From Felis catus (taxonomy: Eukaryota): a stretch of 64,000 bases of DNA. Where the stretch lies: NCBI RefSeq assembly GCF_018350175.1, contig NC_058368.1, positions 231,324,001 to 231,388,000 on the forward strand, in the 5' to 3' direction. Position numbers and translations under genes: made by a program. Position 1 is the first letter of the stretch. Each line of letters begins with the position of its first letter. The notes beneath the pieces were generated by a model, which was not told the DNA's origin, did no database searches, and saw nothing but the letters and a program-made list of their open reading frames with translations. This document shows positions 1 to 11,945 of this stretch, one piece after another.

Positions 1-57
1 GGAAACTGTGGGGTTGTTTCTTACTGTGGCATAATTTAGCTTATTCTGACTGCTACA
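1..57 (+). mobile_element. 3' end of the 5' LTR of an old MaLR (MLT1-type) element
   Basis: Ends ...ttactgtggcataatttagcttattctgactgctaca, resembling the MLT1 LTR terminus. It is followed directly by the MaLR internal start gaaattgctaccaggagtggggtg. Confidence 0.65.
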
Positions 58-1635
58 GAAATTGCTACCAGGAGTGGGGTGCTAACCTAGCCAGAAAATT
101 ATAATTTGTCACTGGCTCGAACCACAAGCGATAGGCAGTGAAGAAACGGTTATAAAGTCTGGAAAGACAACAATCCATGTTATGCAGTGCAGAAAATTTT
201 GGTTAAACCATTGCCCAGCTAGCTTGGAAGGCAGATGATGCGCCTAGTGAATTGGTAGCTCTAGAGAAGGGGGCAGGAAAACAGAATATTAGCAACGCAT
301 GTTGCTTTCTGTTGGCTGCATTTTAAGAGACAGGGTCAGAAAAGAATTAGCTGGATTTTAATCAGGGGTTAATGGGAAATTTGAGGCTTTGCAATGTTGG
401 AAAGGCTGACTGACATTGGATTCCAAACAGCAGAAGATAAACTTGAGAGGGCCTTTGCTAATAGAAAAAATGTTAAATCTGAGTCTTGCAGCAAAGGGTG
501 TGACCTCTTTTGCCCACTATTAAAAACCATTCAACCGATTCTGTTTCCTTGGCTCACTACATTATTAAAACCTCTGCGTTATTAAAACGTCTTTACTAGA
601 GTAAAGATCCAAGTAAGATATATTTTGAAGGTTAACTATGGGTGTGCCTGCTGGCGGATGAAGTTTTCTAGAATCAAGTAGATCAGGGGCTAATGTGACT
701 GCAGAAGATACACTTCCAAAAGAATCGCTCTAGGTTGAGCTATAGGAGACTGTAACTACTAACCTCTTAAAATGACCCTTGGGCCCCAGAGATTTAGGGC
801 AGGAGGTGGGCTTAGTAAGCTCACCCTCAAGCTCAGCCTGTTCCCTAATGCCTGCCTGCTTTGGAAGTATCAGAGAGCAGAATAGCAGAACATAAAAGGA
901 AATCAGGGTCCATGGAGGATCATGGATAATGAGGCTTCTCGCGGAGAGCATATTTAGGGTCTAATATTCCCCAGGCCCAGGGTTGACCTTAAGGTATTTG
1001 TCCAGGGTTTCAGAATTGCTAGAGACCAGTGTCCCTGCGTCTCTCCTATTTTCTCTTTCCAAACAAGAACGTTTGTTGGAATTGTCTGTTCCCTGTTTCA
1101 TCTTTGTAAATTGGGTATGTGAGGGATAGGTAACTCTTTTTATTTCATAAGTCTCCAGAACAAGAAGAGGCACATCTAAGCACAGTTTAGTTACTGTGTC
1201 TCACTTCCTGTTATGGACTCAATTGTATCCCCCACGATCGAATGTTGAAGCCTTAATCCCCCCATGAGCCTATACTTGGAGGTAGGACCTTTAAAGAGGT
1301 GATTAAGAATAAGTGAGGTCATAAAGGTGAGGCCCCAATCCAGTGGGATAGACCTCAGGAAAAAATCAATCCTGCTACGCCTTGACCTTGGACTGTTAGT
1401 CTCTAGAACTGTGCACAATAAACTTTTGTTGTTTAAGCCCCGCTTCTGTGCTATTTTGTGATGCCAGCTTGAGCAGGCTAACCCAACTCAGGAGGAAGAG
1501 ACTGCCCTGCGTCACCCAGAGATACTTGATCCGGGGCATGGGGCTTCTGAGTTGTCTCTCTTGGGTAGGAAATAAGTAGATTTTGTTTAAAGGGAAGAAA
1601 ACAGAGCTGACTATTTAGCGACCAGAGAGGTGAAC
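58..1635 (+). mobile_element. Decayed MaLR (MLT1-int) internal region, interrupted by a second LTR
   Basis: Starts gaaattgctaccaggagtggggtgct and ends in purine-rich ccagagaggtgaac just before a TG-starting LTR. No intact ORF. Confidence 0.6.
1209..1485 (+). mobile_element. MLT1A/B-like solo LTR nested in the MLT1 internal region
   Basis: Starts tgttatggactcaattgtatccccc. Contains ttggaggtaggacctttaaagaggtgattaag and aataaacttttgttgtttaagcc, and ends gcaggctaaccca. Confidence 0.75.
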
Positions 1636-2008
1636 TGCAGTTATCATGAGGACTCTTCAGCTGTTAGGATTGTGCTTCCACAACCTCTGGAAGATAGGCT
1701 CGGTCATGTGGCTCACTTGGCCAATGAAATGTGACCAGAAGCGACAGGTGTTTTGTCTAGGCAGACTCCCATAAGAGGGAATGCGGAGTTTGCCATCGCC
1801 CCCCCTTCCCTCTGCCACAGCATCTGTGACGTTCCAGATGGTAGAGTGTCTGTCAACCTGTGTGCCTGAATGCAAATGACATAGAGCAGAGTCCCAGCCA
1901 GTCGACAGTTGTCATGAGCATGGGTGAGAAATGATGTTTACAGCTGTTGAGATTTGGGGACTGTTCATTATGGTGGCATAGCCTGCTCGATCTCAGCTGA
2001 TTTAGTCA
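1636..2008 (+). mobile_element. 3' LTR of the old MLT1 element
   Basis: Contains MLT1-like motifs catgtggctcacttggccaatgaaatgtga and tgagatttggggactgttcattatggtggcatagcc. Confidence 0.6.
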
Positions 2009-2744
2009 ACAACAAGAGAAGGGAAATGTCCAGAATTTTCACGGGATTTGTGTTAATATGATCAGTGTATTAGAGTTTGCCCTTCATTCGGTAAACAGTA
2101 GAGCTGACCTCAGAGGATGGTCATTAGTCACGGAGCTGTCTTTTGTAGTCGAAAGCGATGCTCTTGAATCAGGGTCGGAAGAATGTGCTTTACGTTAATT
2201 TGTCAGTAGTGGTCCTGGCTTCTCCCCAAACCAGGCACTCTCCTCCACTCGGCTGCCTCTAGTTAGGCAAGGGTTCCATGTAATCACTGATCAGAGCAAG
2301 CCTGGGCCTCCAGCCCACACGTCAGTCCCATTTACTTCGAGCTGCAGCAATTGGGCCGATGAACACTCGACAGCAAGGAGGCGGAGTCATCAAGGAACCT
2401 TCAGATCGCATTTAGCCTTAACGCGAACCTCGAGCCGGGAACAAGGAATGGCAACTCACGAATTACTAACGTTTGTAAAATCAGGGTATGATGACCCAAG
2501 GCATACGCTGTGTACCTTTTTGAATAATGAGAATTTACAGGAATTTAACCCCATATAATTCTAACAACTCATTGATAAAACTCTATGAATGTAGTCTGGT
2601 ATGTTGTTATAATAGGGAGTTAAGACTGGCTTAAAACATTCTGTAGGATAGAATGCATTGTTGTCTGTTGAGTGGTTGGATGCTTGTTCTCCAAACAATA
2701 TTTTGAAAGCAGAGAATCTCAAGGGTGTGTGTGTGTGGGGGGGG

Positions 2745-2893
2745 GTGGGGGGGGAGTCATACTGTATTAGGACCCACCCTAATGACATCGTCTTAACTTG
2801 TCATATCTGCAAAGATCCTGTTTCCAAATAAGGTCTCATTTACAGGGGTTGTGGTTACTTATCCTTTGAGGGGACGTAAGTCAACCCACAACA
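2745..2893 (-). mobile_element. MLT1 LTR fragment
   Basis: ccaccctaatgacatcgtcttaacttg...ctgcaaagatcctgtttccaaataaggtc...tcaacccacaaca matches the reverse complement of an MLT1A/B 5' part. Confidence 0.65.
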
Positions 2894-4472
2894 CCTTGTA
2901 ATATGTCTTTTCCCTTAAGCTTCTTGGAAGGGACTTAGGTCTCTTACAATGTCACTTGGATGAGCAGGGAAGTCCCCTGAGGCAGAACTTGAGGGCCTGA
3001 AGCAGAGTGGGTGTGAGGGAAGGAGCACTGAAGGTCGGACGTAGGAGGACTTATCAGTGTTGGGAGGACTGTTTGATTAGGAGCTGAGTTAGCAGAGTGG
3101 CTCCGAGAAGAGGTGTGCGTGGCTGCATGAACCGTCGACACTACAGCAGAGGGAAGACGGGATGACAGCTCTTGGGATTCTTGCCTTTGGAAGAGAGAGA
3201 CCCAACTCAAAACTGCCTAAGTGAAAAAAGAGAGATGGGGTTACAGACACACGTAAGACTGGGAAGACCGGACATATTACACGTAAAGCAGAATCAAACA
3301 ACCATTGGTTGTTACGGGGAAATATCAGAAAGAGCCAGGAAATCTCTCATTATTATAACTGTCTAGAAATTAATAATATCAGGCACCCAAATATACTTGA
3401 ATGCGTTGGTGAATGGCCAGTTTTTAAACTTAGGTGATATTACAGAGGTCTAAAGAAGGAAGAAAGGACTTTTTGCTGGAATAGAAAAGGTTTCATGGAA
3501 AAGTTAAAATATCAGCCATATCTGATGAAGCGCGTGAGATCTTTATCACAGGTCTGGGGTGTGAATAGTGACTTGAAGCTGGGATTTTTCGGGCTCATGA
3601 TGTCGAACTCCGGTTTCAATAGTGTTACTGGAGTTCAGACAGTCAGCATTCAATGGAGGGCATCCATTTGGACTCGCTATTTCTAGCCAAGGGCTGAAAC
3701 TTAAAGAATGTGGATTCTCTTCCCAGGTCAATAGGGTGCCCCCTTTGTGTTTATTCTTTTTTAATTAGAAGATATGGAACAGTCAAGTCAATCCCTAGAA
3801 CGCATCAACCAAAAGAGAGTCGGCACTTCAGCTCAGTAAGATCAAGCGTATGGATTTGCAATTTGAGTCATCCTGTGTTAGAATAGATGAGGGAGCACAT
3901 AAACCTCAACCCAGCTTCTGCCTCATCTTTGGGGTTGGAGGAGAAAGTGCCAGACACGATACATGTTTGTAGGACATGAATCTCCAAAAAGCCAAAGAGA
4001 CATTATTGCAAAGCACCCTAACCAGGAGGAAAGTTCCCTGTCTCCAATGCGTTTTACAATTCAGGAAGAAATAAAAAACAGAAAGAGAGGGAAAGGGAGG
4101 AAAGCATGGAGTCCTGTGGGTGCCTTGCTGCTGTTTCATAATGATTATGTAATTTCAGTAACTGCAAATTAGTAGTTTCATGTTTGAAATGTATGCACGT
4201 GATAATCATCCAGGAGTAGAAAGGGGAGATGGAGTGAGGTAGCTTTGTCTTCCAGTCCTGATTCCCTAACTTTTCCTCAGAGGCACTCATGGTCACTGGT
4301 TTCTTCCGTATATGCCTGGCAATATTCTTCGTATTTTTTTTTAAAAATTATACAAGTGGGAGGACACACTATAAGCTAATTTTTTTTAATTTTGAAGATC
4401 AGGTTGTATGAATACATGAGGCATTGTGCTTTTTGGTCTGAAATGGCACTCTATCATTCGGCTGTATCATGA

Positions 4473-4680
4473 TTTTTTAAAGAAATATTCTTGAGAGAGG
4501 ATGTTAGTAGGGGAGGGGCAGAGAAAGAGAGAGAGAGACAGAGAGAGAGAGAATCCCAAGCAGGTTCCACACCAGCAGTGCAGAGCCAGATGCAGGGCTC
4601 GAACCTGCGAACCGTGAGATCATGCCCTGAGTGGAAACCAAGAGTTGGCTGCTTCCCCAACTGAGCCACCCAGGCGCCCC
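4473..4680 (-). mobile_element. SINEC (carnivore tRNA-derived SINE)
   Basis: T tail, (GA)n and the head ...gagccacccaggcgcccc. TSD core gtatcatgat on both sides. Confidence 0.92.
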
Positions 4681-4831
4681 CCGTATCATGATGTTTTAAA
4701 TCATCCACCACTGATATACTTTTTGGTCATTTACATTCTTTTGCTGTTAGAAACAATTGAATTTTGTGGTATATACATGGTTTCACATGTGTGTGAGTCT
4801 ACCCTTAGGATAAACTCCCCAAAGGCGAACG

Positions 4832-5290
4832 TGTGACGGGGGTCGGTCAGGAAAACAGAAGCCAGTCTTCGTCGTGCTGCTGTTAAAGGTTTTCAAGGCA
4901 GTGAGGACATACACATCCTTAGCACATGTGGGGCGGTGAAGGTCAGGGAGGATACAAACCGCAATCTGGGACTCAGCGGGGAGCACCTGGGTGGGTGGTC
5001 CTTCCAAGCTTAGTGAACTTGCTGTGGTTCCCAGAACTCTCTGAAGCCCTCACCAAGGATCTCTGCCTGCAGCGCCACGTGGGTGGTCCTCAGGAGCTCA
5101 GCATGAGCAGCAGTCTCCCACCTTCCAATTGTCTCTCGTCTGCAGGGGCTGCTCACCGGAGTTCGAACTCAGAACCGTCCTGGGAAGGGGGCGCTGGGGA
5201 CAGAGCCCCCTCCTTTCCTCCTGTGATGCCAGAGTGGGTGGCGGCGTCGGAGTTGACAACAGACGATCCAGGGCAAGCCATCAGTGTGTC
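4832..5290. mobile_element. Probable ERV-L class solo LTR inserted in an old L1
   Basis: Starts tgtgacgggggtcggtcaggaaaacagaagcc. L1-like 3' sequence stops before it and resumes after it (gctgggtc...). Confidence 0.4.
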
Positions 5291-5509
5291 AAGAAGGGCT
5301 GGGTCGGTGGGCACGTGAGCTTTATATCTTAATTGCTGCTGCCTAATTGCTGTGCAGAGAGGTTGGTATCAATTTACGCCTCCAGCCGAGAGTGTAGACG
5401 ACGGTATTTGTAAGAACAGAGCGCCAGTGCAATGGACGAAACAAAAATTGTATCTTTGCTAAACTGGTCATGGAAACTGAGATTCTATGTAGTTTCCAGT
5501 TTGTGTTTT

Positions 5510-5731
5510 TATTTTTTAAAAAATTTTTAATGTTTATTTATGTTTGAGAGAGTGAGAGACAGAGCATGAGCAGGGGAGGGGCAGAGAGAGAGGGAGACAC
5601 AGAATCCGAAGCAGGCTCCAGGCTCTGAGCAGTCAGCACAGAGCTCGATGCGGGGCTCGAGCCCACAGACCGTGAGATCATGACCTGAGCTGAAGTCGGA
5701 CACTTAACCGACTGAGCCACCCAGGTGCCCC
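5510..5731 (-). mobile_element. SINEC_Fc-type SINE
   Basis: Full-length body (gagacacagaatccgaagcaggctccaggctctgagc) with head gccacccaggtgcccc. Confidence 0.95.
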
Positions 5732-5825
5732 GCCCCCCCCGCCCCAGTTTTGTTTTTAAATGATAAGATTCATACGTTTGAAAGCCGTTTTTTCCCTGTG
5801 ACGTGTCCGTTCACGTCCTTTGCCC

Positions 5826-6051
5826 ATTTTTTTTTTTTAATTTTTTTTCAACGTTTATTTATTTTTGCAACAGAGAGAGACAGAGCATGAACGGGGGAGG
5901 GGCAGAGAGAGAGGGAGACACAGAATCGGAAACAGGCTCCAGGCTCTGAGCCATCAGCCCAGAGCCTGACGCGGGGCTCGAACTCCCGGACCGCGAGATC
6001 GTGACCTGGCTGAAGTCGGACGCCTAACCGACTGCGCCACCCAGGCGCCCC
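5826..6051 (-). mobile_element. Young SINEC_Fc SINE
   Basis: CpG-rich body with gagatcgtgacctggctgaagtcggacgc. TSD cccatttttt. Confidence 0.95.
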
Positions 6052-6645
6052 AACCCATTTTTATGTTATGTTGTTGCACTCTTACCTTTTGATTTATAGG
6101 AGCCCTTTGTCACGGTGCTACAAACGATACTGGAACGGGTAGTTTTCTTTTGCCATGCAGAAAATTTGAAAGTTGTTTACTCAGATTTTAAAAATCTTTT
6201 ATTTATAACTTTTGAACTCTGTGTCGTGCATATAAAGATCTTCCCTACTTTGAGAACATAAGGGAATTGGCCCATGTTTTCTTCAACACTATTTATGGAT
6301 TTTTAAAAATTTAAATCTTTGACCCGCTTGTAATTTATTTTGGTACAATGAGCGTGGTAAGTATGCAACTTAAAGGGGAGCAGAGGCTTCTAGGTTAAAT
6401 GGTGTTCTTTCCAATGCTTTCCCAAGTTACAAATTCCAGACATCCCACCTGTAGGTCCGGGCGGCCCCAGGTCAGGTCGGGCAGGCAGAGGACCAGGGAA
6501 GACTTTCCAGATCGGGGCAATGCTGGAGGCGTGGACTTGGCATAGTCACAGCAGGGAGTAAGGAGCTGCTAAGGAGAGGTTGATGCTGTGGAGTAGAGTG
6601 GGAAACAAGATCAGTTCAGGAGGGAGTCATAGGGAAGCCCCTCGA

Positions 6646-6720
6646 TATCAGGCCAAGGTGGTAGGAGCCCAGTATCAGGCCAAGGTGGTGGGAGCCCAAT
6701 ATCAGGCCAAGGTGGTGGGA
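6646..6720. repeat. 27-bp tandem repeat, about 2.8 copies
   Basis: Unit tatcaggccaaggtggt(a/g)ggagccca(g/a) starts at 6646, 6673 and 6700. Confidence 0.95.
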
Positions 6721-7074
6721 AGGAATAGGGCTTTGAGCAGAGAACTCGGTGTGTCTCAGAGTGTTTTGGGAGGTTTGGCCTGGTCGTGGATTGGGGAAGG
6801 CAGGTGACAGAGTAGGGGACTTGCGTGGAGGCCACTGTCACAGCCGCAGGCTGAGCCCAGCTCCTCCATCAGGACTGGGTAGGTGGCTGTCTGAAGCAGA
6901 GGGGCTGCCTGGCAGAACAGGGGCAGGTGTCAAACCAGGACTCCCAGTAGCATCCCCAGACTCAGAACGGAGTCCCGGAACATCCCCAGGAGGCCTGGGG
7001 ATGCGGTGTTCTACCTGGGCTTCACATCAGACCCAGTGTGCTTGTGGGACCCACGGCTCCACGATGAGACCTAA

Positions 7075-7295
7075 CATTTGTTGAGTTGAGGACGTGCCAG
7101 GCTGCAGATGGGTTTTACACGTACCGTCTCATTTGATCCTCACCTGCTGTCACCCCCATGGCAGAGGTTGGGAGACTGAGGCTTATAGAAATGAGCCAGC
7201 TTACTCAAGGTCACAGGGATTGCAAACAATAGAGTCGGGCTAGTGAAGCGTGTCTGTCTCCGGAACTGGAGCTTGTCATCATGCCCACGCTACAC
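7075..7295 (-). mobile_element. MIR SINE
   Basis: tctcatttgatcctcac...gagactgaggct...ttactcaaggtcacag matches the MIR core. Confidence 0.7.
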
Positions 7296-7895
7296 CTGTG
7301 TGACTCAGGCTCGACAAACGTTTCCCTTGATGGGTGGTTATGAGCCAAGGTTAAAGATTTATGTGCAGGTAGAAATTGTCCACTTATAGTTAAAAATGGA
7401 CCTAGGCGTTGGGATCTGCAAAAAAGGGATTCTGAAGTGTTGACGTACTTTCTAGTCTAAGCAGGTCACTGCCTACACGGAGAGATTTTAAGAGCTTCTT
7501 TGGGGGAAAACACTCCCTGTCTCCCAAAATGTTTCTCCCGGCTTCTCGCAGAAGCCCAAGATTCCTTTAAGGGAGACCAAGGCTTTCATCAGAGATAAGG
7601 TTTAAAACTAAAGGCTGGGGCTACTGTTTGTTCCTCTCTGTCCCTCAGGTTCTCTGCAGGGCACACACAGCAGATACTTGATCGGTGTTTTCTAGAAATG
7701 CAGGAGGAGAAAAGATGGCTTCTTTTAAAAACGTTTATCCTTCCCGTCACTTGCTGTTTTTGTGCAATTATTTGATAAGGAAACCCGGGTTGTAGGATTG
7801 GCCGTGTTTACTTGAGAGGGAGGAAGCTAACAGGCTGTGAGTTCCTTTTCAGCAAGCACCCTGCACCAGGAGCAGTCTTCCCGGGGTCTGGAAGT

Positions 7896-8077
7896 CAGGA
7901 CTGGCCACGTGGGCTCGAGACCTGGGCGGTCACATGCGGTCCCACGCTTGGAAGGGCTCTGTGCTTGGTTTCATGCTCTGCTCTCCCGCGCGGTCTTAAA
8001 ACTCTTCATAGTTTTTGAGGAAGGGAAGCTGCATTTTCATTTTGCACCGAGCCCCACAAACTATGTGGCTGTTCCTG
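7896..8077. mobile_element. MER45A-like hAT-Tip100 MITE
   Basis: Termini cagg...cctg. Internal cattttcattttgcaccgagccccacaaactatgtggc resembles the recalled MER45A consensus. Confidence 0.75.
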
Positions 8078-8904
8078 CCCGAAATAATGTGGCAGGCGAC
8101 ACTTGCACAAACTTGGGACAGAACACTGTATTGACCTCCAGTTACCTGCCTGCGTCTGAATCGTCGGTGAGGAAATATTGGAACCCGGGGTGCGAGGGGC
8201 AGATTTGGATGAGGCTTCACGTGGGTCGCCACCCTCCGTCTTTCTACAGCACCTCTCCGACCTTTCCGCTCTCTTCCTTGCCAGCATCCTCCACAAGCCA
8301 TAATTAAAACAGCAGCGCTGTTACTGAGAGAAATGGGAGAACTCAGCACGTAGCTAGGGCCTCTGCTCCAAATTTGTAGCTGTTTATCCTCTGAGATTCT
8401 GCGACTCTGTCTCCTGGGGGCTCCTAGTCTCTGGTAATACATGGCACTGTGGACATTGGGAGAGTCTACAGGTGGATCCTGTTTCTCCCGACAGCCTGGC
8501 ACTGAACATAGTACTTAAGTGGCTGGGGTTTGAACTTGGTTCATATGAAATCATTGGCAGAGGTCCAGGAGGTAAAACAGAAAACAATCCTGTACTCCTT
8601 GCCTCCCCCTTCCCTCCCACCCACCTTCCCTCCAACTTCTAGGATCATATAGTGCAAAGTTTGAAAACTCGTGGCTTAGATCCATGTATGGTCCTCCTGG
8701 TGTTTGTCAAAATCTAAGCCTACTTCAACTTGAAGCGTTGTAGGTCAAAGAAAATTGAGAGAAGAGGCCAGAGCCGGCTGGCTGTGTCCCTTGGATGGTT
8801 CAGCCTAGATACCCATCCTGGATTCCTCTGTTCTTGAGTATCAGCCTTTCCGCTCTTGTTATGGTAGCTTCATTCTCTTTTGCAACAACCCTGTGGAGCG
8901 GGGC

Positions 8905-9062
8905 AGTGGGGTAGGCTGATCCATGAATGGCCCCTGAATGGCCTTGCCCCCATAGCTTTTAGCCCCCTCCCACTCTGAAGTTGGGCTTGGCCATTGACTT
9001 GTTTTGACCAAGGGGCTGTAGAAAACGGGAGGTGAGCAGAAGCTTGAAAGTGTTTTGCTTGC
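8905..9062 (+). mobile_element. MLT1 LTR 5' fragment
   Basis: cccactctgaagttgggcttggccattgacttgttttgaccaa...aggtgagcagaagcttgaaagtg. Confidence 0.5.
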
Positions 9063-9561
9063 TGTATTGGTCAGGGTTCTCCGGAGAAATTGAACCCCTA
9101 GGATATATAGAGAGATATAAGAGGAAAGTTATTATAGGGATTGACTCACATGGTTACGGAGGCCGAGAAGTCCCACAGTCTGCCATCAGCAAGTTGGAGA
9201 ATCAGAAAGCGGGTGGTCTAATTACATCACAGTCCGAGGGGGTGTGATGGTGTCAGTCCCAGTCTACGTCCAAAAGCCCAGGAATCAAGAGTGTCATTGT
9301 CCAGGGGCAGGATAAGATGTTTTAGCTCACAGCGAGCGAATTCACGCTTCCTCTGCCTTTTTGTTCCATTCAGGCTCTTGGCAGATGCCCCCCCCCCCCC
9401 CCAGCCCCACCATGGTGAGGACCGTCTTCTTTACTCAGCCTACTGATTCAAATGCTCATGTCTTCTGGAGATACCCTCACAGACACCCAGAAATAATGTT
9501 TTTCTAACAATCGGGGTATCTCTCAGCCCAGTCAAGTTGACACATAAAGTTAACCATCACA
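9063..9561 (-). mobile_element. MLT2 (ERV-L) solo LTR
   Basis: Runs from tgtattggtcagggttctcc to agtcaagttgacacataaagttaaccatcaca, both MLT2 termini. Confidence 0.88.
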
Positions 9562-10527
9562 ATCTGCAGTGAAAAAGAGCAACCCTTTCTACATCCTTCC
9601 CCACCCCCACCAGCAGACCCTTTCTGTTCTTTTTGGTGTTTCCTTATGTATTTACCTCCATAATTCTAAAGATAATGCTTATACTGCTATTTCTTGACAT
9701 TTAGTTTCAGATTACAGTTTTATTACTGTTGAATTTATGTTAAGAAAACTCAATTAAACTTTATAGGTAGTTCCCTTCCCCACCTTCAGGGATGGAGAGG
9801 TTATACATTCAGTGTTTTCATTATGTTCGCTATTCAGTCTTACTGATGAGCCAAGTTATATTTTAATGATTATATTTTCTCTCCTGTGCATTTTTGGTTC
9901 CTTTCTATGGGGAATTGCAATTTTTCTTCTCCCTTTTCTATCCTTCTTCATCTCTCTGACATTACCTTTCTACACTCTCAACCAGCTTCTTCTTCCGACT
10001 TTTATTCCAGCTTTCCACAAGGTCACACCTCTCAAATGTTAGTCCCAGTTATTTATTGTTGCTTTTGGAGCTTGTGCTTTTAGTGTCATATCAAAAAATC
10101 ATTGCCAAGACCAAGGTCAAGGAGCTTTTTCTCTTACTTTCTTCTAGGAATTTTACAGTTTCAGTGCTTGTGTTTAAATCTTGGATCCATTTCGAGTTAA
10201 TTTTTTGTGAGTCATTTGAGATAGTGATGTAAGGTAGGATTATCCGGTTTTCTCACCACCATTTATTGAAGAGATTATCCTTTCCCCATTGAATATTCTT
10301 GACTTCCTTGTCAAATATTAGTTGACTGTGTACCTGTGGGTTTATTTCTGGGCCCTTCATTCTGTTCCATTGGTCTATGTGTATATTTTTATGCCGGTAC
10401 GAAGATACATCTTTTACCATACTGTTTGGATTGCTGTAGCTTTATAATAAAGTTGGAAATCAGGAGGTGTTTTGTCTCTGGCTTTGTTCTTCTTTCTCAA
10501 GATTGCTTTGACTGTTCAGGGTCTTTT

Positions 10528-10755
10528 TTTTTTTTTTTAATTTTTTTTTTCAGCGTTTTTATTTATTTTTGGGACAGAGAGAGACAGAGCATGAACGGGG
10601 GAGGGGCAGAGAGAGAGGGAGACACAGAATCGGAAACAGGCTCCAGGCTCCGAGCCATCAGCCCAGAGCCCGACGCGGGGCTCGAACTCACGGACCGCGA
10701 GATCGTGACCTGGCTGAAGTCGGACGCTTAACCGACTGCGCCACCCAGGCGCCCC
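10528..10755 (-). mobile_element. Young SINEC_Fc SINE
   Basis: Perfect 15-bp TSD tgttcagggtctttt at 10513-10527 and 10756-10770. Confidence 0.97.
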
Positions 10756-10906
10756 TGTTCAGGGTCTTTTTATGGTTCCATGTGAATTTTGGGATTTTTT
10801 TTTTCTATTTATTTGAACAACGCCATTGGAATTTTGATGGAGATTGCATTGAATCTGTGGATCACTTTGGGTAGTATGGCTATTTTGATGATATTCATTC
10901 CTCCAG

Positions 10907-11128
10907 GGGTGCCTGGGTGGCTCAGTCAGTTAAGCGTCCGACTTCGGCTCAGGTCATGATGTCACAGCTCGTGAGTTTGAGCCCTGCATTGGGCTCTATG
11001 CTGACAGCTCGCAGCTCAGAGCCTGGAGCCTGCTTCAGATTCTGTCTCTGTCTCTCTCTGCCCCTCCCCCGCTCATGCTCTGTCTCTCTCTTCAATCTAA
11101 ATAAACATTAAAAACATAAATAAAAAAT
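10907..11128 (+). mobile_element. SINEC SINE
   Basis: Head ggggtgcctgggtggctcagtcagttaagcgtccgact, CT-rich stretch and A-rich tail. Confidence 0.95.
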
Positions 11129-11689
11129 AATTCTTCCAATCCATGAACACATCTTCCGTGTATCTGTATCTTCTCCAGTTTCTTTCATCAAAGTCTTTTA
11201 GTTTTCACAGTACAGATCTTTACCTCCTTGGATAAGTGTACCCCTGGGTATTGTTTTTGATGCTCTCATAAATGGGACTGTTTTATTCTTTTTCAAATAT
11301 TTTGTTGTTAGTGTATAGAAGTGCACCTGATTTCTGTATGTTGGTCTTGTATCCTGCGTCTTTACCGAATTTGTTTATCGATTCTAACAGTTTCCGGGGG
11401 GGTCTTTAGGATTACTTATGCAGAAGGTCATATCATCTGCAAACAGAACAGCAGCTGAATAAGGTAGAGGCTTTTCTCATACGTCTAGAGACCCCCGGCT
11501 GGAACCCCAGGACTCTGTGTGTGTTGATGGGGCTCGACTCCGTGGGGGTGTGAGGGGGCACAGCCATCTCACCAGGTGCCTCCCGCCTTCGGCACCTGCA
11601 AGTATTGCTAACAGGGCTGTTGCTTTTCCCGGGATGCATTTATCCTCTTCCTGGAGTTTGTGAACCTTACTTCCGGATTATGATGGGTG

Positions 11690-11718
11690 TCGTATTGTAT
11701 CCTCACATGGGGTGGTGG

Positions 11719-11768
<50 letters not shown>

Positions 11769-11945
11769 TGGGGGTGGGTTAGAGAGAGGGAAAGCTCGTG
11801 TCTCTTCTTATACGGGCACTAATCCCATTCCTGAGGGCTCCACCCTTACGACCAAATCACCTCCCAAAGGCCCCACCAACTAATAGCATCACATTGGGGG
11901 TTAGGAGTCAACATGTGAACGTTGGGGCGACACAGTCAGCTCCTA
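11690..11945 (-). mobile_element. MLT1/MST LTR fragment containing a (GA)n microsatellite (11721-11759)
   Basis: tcctcacatgg...tctcttcttatacgggcactaatcccattc...cacctcccaaaggcccca...atcacattgggggttagg. Confidence 0.8.

Larger units (their letters stand above)
5295..6370 (-). mobile_element. Old L1 (L1M-type) fragments interrupted by two SINEs
   Basis: L1 antisense motifs: gctgggtc...aattgc...agagaggttggtatcaatttac, gttcacgtcctttgcccatttt and taaatctttgacccgcttgtaatttattttgg. Confidence 0.5.
10045..11445 (-). mobile_element. L1 ORF2 fragment carrying two SINE insertions
   Basis: L1 antisense motifs aaaaaatcattgccaagacc, catttattgaagagattatcctttcccc, gattgcattgaatctgtggatcactttgggtagtatgg and atcatctgcaaacaga. 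Confidence 0.85.

Noticed and set aside
6646..6720. CRISPR-like or coding repeat
   Set aside because: The units are contiguous with no spacers, the DNA is mammalian, and there is no coding evidence.
10569..10874. Recurrent ORFs such as MGQRETEHER... and [16 protein letters not shown]...
   Set aside because: These are translations of SINEC copies, not a gene family.
10907..10985. tRNA-like A/B-box sequences
   Set aside because: These are the tRNA-derived heads of SINEC elements, not tRNA genes.
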